A stretch of 64,000 nucleotides of DNA from a virus (taxonomy: Duplodnaviria; Caudoviricetes). Both the position numbers and the translations under genes were made by a program. Each line of letters starts with the position of its first letter. Within the stretch, counting starts at the first letter, position 1. Of the stretch, positions 58,083-64,000 are shown in pieces. The stretch covers positions 42,333 to 106,332 of the IMG/VR virus record IMGVR_UViG_3300033074_001909. One strand, written 5' to 3'. The notes under the pieces were generated by a model, which was not told the DNA's origin, did no database searches, and saw nothing but the letters and a program-made list of their open reading frames with translations.

Positions 58083-59827
58083 CCGCGACCAATATCGTGT
58101 ACAACGGCGTGCCCATCGCCAACGTGCTCACCGAGGGCATTGACCACCAAGTCGTGTTCGACTCGAGCAACGTCAATCCGATCGCCGTACGCGTGACGGT
58201 GTCGGGCACTGGTTTGATTCACCGGGTGTCGGCCGGCATTCCCAGGACCATCGGTGTCAGCGCGGGCCCCGACCTAGCGGGTGGATTTAATGTGCTGATT
58301 GACGACTTGATGCAGCCGGGTCGCGCCTTTGCGATGTATCTGGGCGACACCGCGCTCTTTGATGTCGTGCCGGGGCATGTCCGTCCGGGCCTGTCCAATC
58401 CCAATGCAGGCGACGGGCTGCCGATCCGGCGCACTGACGTGAACCACGGGCCGATTCCGAGCATTCACGTACTGGAGACCATCAGCGGCAACACGATGAA
58501 AATCCAGTTCCGCATCGTGATGCACCTGCCTTACACCGATCGCGATGGCACCAAACTGGGCGGCGCCGTGTCCTTCCGCTGGTGGATCGCAGAGGATATC
58601 GATTACCGGGATGCGACCACCACGCGCACCTATCACGGCACGCTGCGCGTGCGGCACCTGGGTCACAACGTCCTGACGGAGATTCGCAATAACTTCGTGT
58701 TCCCGCCGCTGCTGTCCGGTTTTCAACGCCAGCGGATTTCGCTCAATCAGAAGCCCAACGGCCTGGAACTGGATTTCACGGTCACGGACAAAGAGGTATG
58801 GGCCGCGGCGCCGTCGCCAGCCACGAGGTGGGAGGGTTACCAAACCCAATTCACCGCCGAAAAACTGCTGCTGGTGTCCGAGGTGGGTGTCACGGTGTGG
58901 GGCGACAAAAAGACGCCCAAGAATGACCTGCTGGTGCTGTGTCGCAAGATTCTGGACACCAAACTGCATCGGCTGGATATGAGCGCCCAGGGCCAGACGT
59001 TCCTGCGGTCGCTGCGTATCCGGGATTCGTTCACCGACAACAAGATCGAGGCTTCTGCGTCGGTCAACATGATCCCCTCCAACAAGATTATCTGGAATCT
59101 GGAGAAGGGAAATTTCGGCCAGCCGCTCAATGTGGGTTTTCCGTCGTCGCCCAGCGAGTTTCCGACATACAACAAGGAACTCGCACGCACGGTCTCGCCA
59201 ACGGCGTGCATCAAAGGGCTGTTTTTGGCGGCGTTACAAGATCCCTTGCACGTGACAGACGCGTTCCGCTATCCCGAGGTGGTTGAGGACGCCAGGCAGG
59301 TTGTGTTTGGCGCATTGGACTGCGGCGAATCGGCACCAACCGAGCCAGAGATTCCCGCCGAAACAGACCGCAAAGTCAGTTCCGAGCATCTCGATTCGGC
59401 CTACACGGTGTATTGTCTCACCAGCGAGACCGACAAGAACTGGGGCACCATCGCCCTGCCGGTAGGCAAGTCCAGCAGCGGCCAGGATACGGCCGCCATC
59501 CTGAAACTGCATCAGCCGACCGCCAACCTGCGGGTGCGGCTGGAAGCCGAGCGGATCAATCAGTGGCCGACGCTGCCCAGTCCGCAGGAGTATTCCAAGT
59601 TGGGCTGCCAGTTCACGCCGCTGCGGACGCCGATCACGGGCTCCTCGACGCTGAGCGGCGATTACCGCAAGACGCTGTATCACGTATCGGCCGAATTGCA
59701 TTTCGGCCAGAACAAGGAAGCCACGGGTGGTATTCCGGCTGGGCTCTTACCGTATCGGGTGGCTGGCCAGGACAATGTATACGTGATCCCGTCGTCGGTG
59801 TTCAGCGACAAGATTCTGTTTGCGTAG
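58079..59827 (+). CDS. Putative tail/baseplate protein
   Basis: ATGA coupling with upstream gene; beta-rich; position. Confidence 0.5.
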   Translation: MTATNIVYNGVPIANVLTEGIDHQVVFDSSNVNPIAVRVTVSGTGLIHRVSAGIPRTIGVSAGPDLAGGFNVLIDDLMQPGRAFAMYLGDTALFDVVPGHVRPGLSNPNAGDGLPIRRTDVNHGPIPSIHVLETISGNTMKIQFRIVMHLPYTDRDGTKLGGAVSFRWWIAEDIDYRDATTTRTYHGTLRVRHLGHNVLTEIRNNFVFPPLLSGFQRQRISLNQKPNGLELDFTVTDKEVWAAAPSPATRWEGYQTQFTAEKLLLVSEVGVTVWGDKKTPKNDLLVLCRKILDTKLHRLDMSAQGQTFLRSLRIRDSFTDNKIEASASVNMIPSNKIIWNLEKGNFGQPLNVGFPSSPSEFPTYNKELARTVSPTACIKGLFLAALQDPLHVTDAFRYPEVVEDARQVVFGALDCGESAPTEPEIPAETDRKVSSEHLDSAYTVYCLTSETDKNWGTIALPVGKSSSGQDTAAILKLHQPTANLRVRLEAERINQWPTLPSPQEYSKLGCQFTPLRTPITGSSTLSGDYRKTLYHVSAELHFGQNKEATGGIPAGLLPYRVAGQDNVYVIPSSVFSDKILFA

Positions 59828-59847
59828 TCGCTGCGGCACAGCCTGCA

Positions 59848-59955
59848 CTCGCAGAAATCAAGCCTCTGCGCGGGCACTTCAACGATCCCGACCGGGAATA
59901 CGTGATGTCCGGACTTGACCTCGCAGACACAACGCCTCTGCGCTGGCATTCGCGC
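59848..59955 (-). CRISPR. Orphan mini-array: 2 repeats, 1 spacer (36 nt)
   Basis: Repeats at 59920-59955 (GCGCGAATGCCAGCGCAGAGGCGTTGTGTCTGCGAG) and 59848-59883 (GTTGAAGTGCCCGCGCAGAGGCTTGATTTCTGCGAG). Confidence 0.9.
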
Positions 59956-60148
59956 TATCTTCATAGTCCGCCACTACGCTCGTCAACACTGGACGGGAGT
60001 TCAGTAGATAGCGTCGGGCCAGCGGCCTACGATACCAGTGCCATCGAAGTCCCCTTGCACAGCTCACCACGATGCGAATTTCCCTGCGCCTCGCGCTCGA
60101 ACTTCGGTGGCCATCGTGGTGAGCGTTTTTTTGCGCTAGGGCCCAGTC

Positions 60149-60343
60149 ATGCGCTGGACAATCCGCGATCTATTCTACGTGCTGACGATCACCGCCATGG
60201 CCATCGCCTGGACGCTGGACGCCCGACAGAACTACGGGTCACCGACCGTCGGTAAAGTGTGCGAGGAGTGCGGCAGCGATGGCAACGCCCACACCCTGCG
60301 CTGCCCCGTGATTGCTCGTCTTATTCTTCACTCGGAGAACTGA
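60149..60343 (+). CDS. Small membrane peptide of a Planctomycete-type 'R(F/W)(S/T)IRDL' family
   Basis: MRWTIRDLFYVLTITAMAIAW followed by CxxC. Confidence 0.55.
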   Translation: MRWTIRDLFYVLTITAMAIAWTLDARQNYGSPTVGKVCEECGSDGNAHTLRCPVIARLILHSEN

Positions 60344-60345
60344 TC

Positions 60346-61422
60346 ATGAAACGTCGCGCCTTTACTCTCGTCGAGCTGCTAGTGGTCATCGCCATTATCG
60401 GGGTGCTGGTCAGCTTGCTCTTGCCGGCCGTGCAGGCGGCTCGCGAAGCGGCCCGCCGTATGTCGTGCTCGAATAACCTCAAGCAGATTGGACTAGCCGT
60501 CCATAACTTCGTGTCCGCCCGCGACACCATGCCCCGCTCCGGGGAACACCTCGTGGAAGTGGGCAACGTGACCTACAAGACGCAATGCTTTCACGGCCCG
60601 CTGTTGGTGCTGCTGCCCTACCTGGAGCAGTCCGCGCTGTTCGACAAGTTCGACTTGACGGTGCGCTACAACGAGGGAGCTAACCTGGCCCTGGTGCCGC
60701 TGGGAGCCGGTGGCGCCGCCACGATCAAGGCCTACCAGTGTCCCACCAATCCCGAGCGGTGGATTACGGACAAAGAGGGATTCACGGGCACCGATTACGC
60801 GCCGCTCCCTTACGTGGAAATCAACGCTGCGGCGGCCGCGGCCACCGGCTTGCCGGCTGGCTTGCATCCGGCAGCGCTCACGTCCCACCCGTACCGGCCG
60901 GCATACTACAAGACCTACTCGGGCGCTCATCCCAGCATCAGCCCTAGCAAAGCCTTTCAACTGAAAACGTCGGCCGAGCTCGCCGCGCTGGGCAATTTCA
61001 ACATCTACTTCGGTGGCGCCACGTTCGCGGACATCACCGACGGATCGAGCAATTCCATCCTGGTGTACGAGGACACCGGCCGCAACGAAAAGATGGACGG
61101 CACAGGCAGCCCGTCGCCAAATAACTACCTGGATCCAGTCGACAATCAGCCCCGCCGGCACTGGCGGTGGGCGGAGCCCGACAGTACGAGCGGCTGTTCC
61201 AAGCAGATCAACAACAACCGCACCCCGCGGGGTGGCCCGCCCACCTGCCCTTGGACGGCACACGATTGTGGCCCCAATAACGAATGGTTTTCCTTCCATC
61301 CAGGTGGCGCGCAAGTCGCCATGGCCGATGGCTCGGTCCGCTTCGCCAGCGAAACCACGGACCTGAAAGTCGTGTTTGCTCTGGGCACCCGCAAAGGCGG
61401 AGAATCGGTGACCCTGGATTAG
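60346..61422 (+). CDS. DUF1559 prepilin-type N-terminal cleavage/methylation protein
   Basis: 'AFTLVELLVVIAIIGVLVSLLLPAVQAAREAARR..C.NNLKQIGLA', 'DGSSN', 'HPGGAQVAMADGSVRF'. Confidence 0.95.
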   Translation: MKRRAFTLVELLVVIAIIGVLVSLLLPAVQAAREAARRMSCSNNLKQIGLAVHNFVSARDTMPRSGEHLVEVGNVTYKTQCFHGPLLVLLPYLEQSALFDKFDLTVRYNEGANLALVPLGAGGAATIKAYQCPTNPERWITDKEGFTGTDYAPLPYVEINAAAAAATGLPAGLHPAALTSHPYRPAYYKTYSGAHPSISPSKAFQLKTSAELAALGNFNIYFGGATFADITDGSSNSILVYEDTGRNEKMDGTGSPSPNNYLDPVDNQPRRHWRWAEPDSTSGCSKQINNNRTPRGGPPTCPWTAHDCGPNNEWFSFHPGGAQVAMADGSVRFASETTDLKVVFALGTRKGGESVTLD

Positions 61423-61424
61423 GA

Positions 61425-61453
61425 TTTACAAGAAGCAATTCATATTGCACAAT
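61425..61453 (+). promoter_or_regulatory. Promoter of the cas12m-like gene with internal palindrome
   Basis: TTTACA-17 nt-CACAAT; GCAAT-TCAT-ATTGC overlaps the spacer; RBS AGGAGG. Confidence 0.55.
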
Positions 61454-61488
61454 GGTCGCTTTCTGTAACCCATTCCAGGAGGAAGGCC

Positions 61489-63507
61489 ATGCCCATCGTC
61501 TACAGTTATCGCGCCAAGGTCCGGGAGCAGGATCGGCCGTTGATTATCGGGCAATTGCGAGCGGCCCATCGCTACCGCAATCGCTTGTGCGAGATCGAAT
61601 TGACGCGTCGTCAGCAGGTCGATGCGGCGTTGCGAGAAGTCTGCCCGCGCCTGCTGGAAGTGGAAGCGGAACTGGCGGCCCTCGACGGCGAATTGACCGC
61701 CGAATACGAGCGGGTCAAGAAGGCCAACGTGCAGGAGCGATCCCGCAAGCGTCCTCCCCAGGAGCAGCAGCAGCGGATCGCGGCCCTCAAGGCGCAACTC
61801 AAGGCCTTGCGAGCGGAACGCAAGACGCTGCGCACGGGTCTGTTCGGCATGTCCGAGCGAGTAGACAAATTGCGCAAGGCCGCTGCGGAATTGCATGGCA
61901 AGCCGGCGGAGACGGTAGCCACGATGCAGGGTCTGCTGTGGGAGGAGGGTTGCGACGGTTTGCGAGCGGCCCTGGCGGCGCGCCTGACAGCCGAGGCCGG
62001 CCAGAAGCGAGCGCAGGACGACGCGATCCGCGAGGAGTTGGCCAAACTTGTCGAACAGGAGAGCAACACGCCCGCCGCGGCGCGCCGCCTGGCGGAGATC
62101 GACACCGCCGCCAAGCAGGCCGCCAAGGACGCGCGACATCAAAGCGGTCTGTACTGGGGAACGTACCTGACGGTGGAGGAGGCGGCCGCGTCTTTCCGCA
62201 CGGGGGCGCCGCCGCGGTTCAAGCGATGGGAAGGACGGGGCCTGCTGGGTGTGCAATTCGTGGGCGGACTGTTGGTGGAAGATGCGTTGCGGGGTGCCAC
62301 CAAGTTTACCATCCGGGATGGCGCCAAGCCGAAGTGGCGCGAACTGCAAATGCGGATCGGCCAGCAAGAGGACGAATGTGCCACGCTGGATGTGATCTAC
62401 GATCGACCCCTGCCGGAGGATGCCACGATCAAGTGGGCCAAGCTGGCCTATCGCAAGGTGGCCAGCCAGGATCACTTCTATATCAATTTCATTCTGGATC
62501 GGCCCGGAGGGTTCCCACGGGATGATCGGGCCACGGAAGGGACGGCAGCGGTCGACATTGGCTGGCGCAGGCTGGACGACGGCAGCATTCGGGTGGCGTA
62601 CTGGATGGGCTCGGACGGCGAGGAAGGCTCGCTGGAGATCCCGGCCGGGCAGGCCCAGCGGCTACCGCGATGCGACACGCTCAATTCGGTGCGGTCGCTG
62701 CTGTTTGACGGCGCGCGGAGCGTACTGGCTCGCTGGCGAAAGATCGAGCAAGAACGCGACTCCGAACCGCCCGAGTGGCTGCGCGGGCAAGCCATGTGGT
62801 GCAAGTTCGAGATCCAAGGGGCGCCTGCCGGTCGTCAGGATCAATTGCGGCGGTGGCTGACCCATTTCCAAGGGCTGTGTGCCGCCTGGAGTGACATTCC
62901 GGCCATGCCGGAATGGCTGCAGACCTTGACCGACCACGCACACGCCTGGAAGTCGCATGGCAAGCTGGCCCAGGTAGTCTACGAGTGGCGCAATCAGCGG
63001 TTTGCGGGCGATGAGCACCTGTACGGGGTGTTTGAGGCGTGGCGGCAGCAGGACAAGCACCTGTGGGAGTGGACCGCGCATAACCGGCAGCGGTACTTAA
63101 ACTGGCGATTGGATTGCTACCGGGTGTTTGCCAGGATGCTGGCTCGGCGGTATCGCACGCTGGTGATCGAGGACGTGGATTGGCGGGCGTTTTCGGTCAG
63201 GCCGACGGCTGATGAAGCGGACGAAATGAAACTGGCCCGTGCCCGCAAGCACGTCACGGCGCCCAGCCTGCTGGAGAATTGCTTGCGGTATGCGTTCGGC
63301 GCGGCTGACACCAAGGACTTGCCAGCCAAGAACATGACGGCCACGTGCGCGGTATGCGGGGAGTTGTGCGGCGAGACCGACCGGTGGAAACTGGTGCTGG
63401 AGTGCTCGCAGTGTCGATCGAGTTTCGATCAGGACCGTAACGCGTGCCGTAACCTGTTGCGAGCGGCGGGGTGCGATGAAAAGTCCGCCAGTCTCTCGCA
63501 AGGCTGA
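61489..63507 (+). CDS. cas12m: Type V CRISPR effector, Cas12m-like (V-M, formerly V-U1)
   Basis: 'QLRAAHRYRNRL', coiled coil, 'GLYWGTY', 'RWEGRGLLGVQ', 'DRPLPEDATI', RuvC 'AVDIGWR' (D356), 'VIED' (E561), CxxC..CxxC, 'DQDRNA' (D649); adjacent array. Confidence 0.85.
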   Translation: MPIVYSYRAKVREQDRPLIIGQLRAAHRYRNRLCEIELTRRQQVDAALREVCPRLLEVEAELAALDGELTAEYERVKKANVQERSRKRPPQEQQQRIAALKAQLKALRAERKTLRTGLFGMSERVDKLRKAAAELHGKPAETVATMQGLLWEEGCDGLRAALAARLTAEAGQKRAQDDAIREELAKLVEQESNTPAAARRLAEIDTAAKQAAKDARHQSGLYWGTYLTVEEAAASFRTGAPPRFKRWEGRGLLGVQFVGGLLVEDALRGATKFTIRDGAKPKWRELQMRIGQQEDECATLDVIYDRPLPEDATIKWAKLAYRKVASQDHFYINFILDRPGGFPRDDRATEGTAAVDIGWRRLDDGSIRVAYWMGSDGEEGSLEIPAGQAQRLPRCDTLNSVRSLLFDGARSVLARWRKIEQERDSEPPEWLRGQAMWCKFEIQGAPAGRQDQLRRWLTHFQGLCAAWSDIPAMPEWLQTLTDHAHAWKSHGKLAQVVYEWRNQRFAGDEHLYGVFEAWRQQDKHLWEWTAHNRQRYLNWRLDCYRVFARMLARRYRTLVIEDVDWRAFSVRPTADEADEMKLARARKHVTAPSLLENCLRYAFGAADTKDLPAKNMTATCAVCGELCGETDRWKLVLECSQCRSSFDQDRNACRNLLRAAGCDEKSASLSQG

Positions 63508-63628
63508 GGCGGTAAGTAGTTGCGGCGAGAATAGGGATGACGGCGAGGGGCGGTCGTGAGGCGGCAAGCGACCACCTCTCGCAAAGATCGCGGTGGCGTA
63601 TGTCGTGTCCATGGTTTACGTACGTGCC

Positions 63629-64000
63629 GTTGAAGTGCCAGCGCAGAGGCGTTGTTTCTGCGAGACCGGATAATTACACATCGGTCGAGATCGAGCAGGC
63701 GGGTTGAAGTGCCCGCGCAGAGGCGTTGTTTCTGCGAGGGGTGCCGATTAGCCCATCGCTTGACCGGCCTACGGATGTTGAAGTGCCAGCGCAGAGGCTT
63801 TGTTTCTGCGAGTCGACCGTCTGGGAGGATGAGCCGCGGGGTGCCGTCGTGTTGAAGTGCCCGCGCAGAGGCTTTGTTTCTGCGAGCCTACGAGGACCTA
63901 GAGACGTACGTCGTCTCATCGACGTTGAAGTGCCCGCGCAGAGGCTTTGTTTCTGCGAGCGTTCTGGATTCGAGCAGCTGGGCGGACAGATCTTCGTGGA
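63629..64000 (+). CRISPR. CRISPR array, at least 5 repeats (36 nt) with 37-38-nt spacers, probably continuing past the window edge
   Basis: Repeats at 63629-63664, 63703-63738, 63777-63812, 63851-63886 and 63924-63959; consensus GTTGAAGTGCCCGCGCAGAGGCTTTGTTTCTGCGAG. Confidence 0.97.

Noticed and set aside
61489-63507. IS605-family TnpB transposon
   Set aside because: The protein is long, has Cas12m-type N-terminal motifs and an adjacent CRISPR array, and there is no tnpA.
63665-64000. Self-targeting spacers within the window
   Set aside because: Only 9-12-nt partial matches were noticed by eye (e.g. GGTGCTCGACCG near 26484 for a mini-array spacer). A computed search is still needed.

Overview
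A ~64 kb GC-rich segment of a temperate phage or phage-plasmid. The host is probably a Planctomycete (DUF1559 prepilin-like gene, an 'MRWTIRDL' family peptide, CxxCH secreted proteins). Left to right: replication genes (ParB-like/Rep fusion, helicase-loader-like), an RNA ligase, tRNA-Arg(UCU) and a tRNA-like RNA with an expanded anticodon arm; putative virion and secreted-protein genes; terminase, whose large subunit has an intein with an HNH gene nested in another reading frame; a minus-strand cluster of small genes; a 2151-aa portal-polyvalent fusion with a class-3 LAGLIDADG intein; an inverted J-domain-kinase/vWA/PurA-like cassette; a second polyvalent protein; a complete type IV-B CRISPR effector operon (csf1-cas11-csf2-csf3-cysH-like); head and tail genes; and a Cas12m-like (type V-M) gene with a CRISPR array that runs off the right edge. 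The strongest signal is that copies of the Cas12m repeat also occur as dispersed mini-arrays about 1.5 kb and about 39 kb upstream of the cas gene. They keep the repeat stem through compensatory changes, and they share the element with an array-less type IV-B complex. No cas1, cas2, cas6 or integrase is visible. Other notable patterns: a recurrent R/K-Y-A/S-K/R motif at the domain junctions of head proteins, a 27-bp palindrome inside three unrelated genes, and a conserved motif plus terminator at five operon starts. All family assignments come from motifs recognised by eye, with no database searches.
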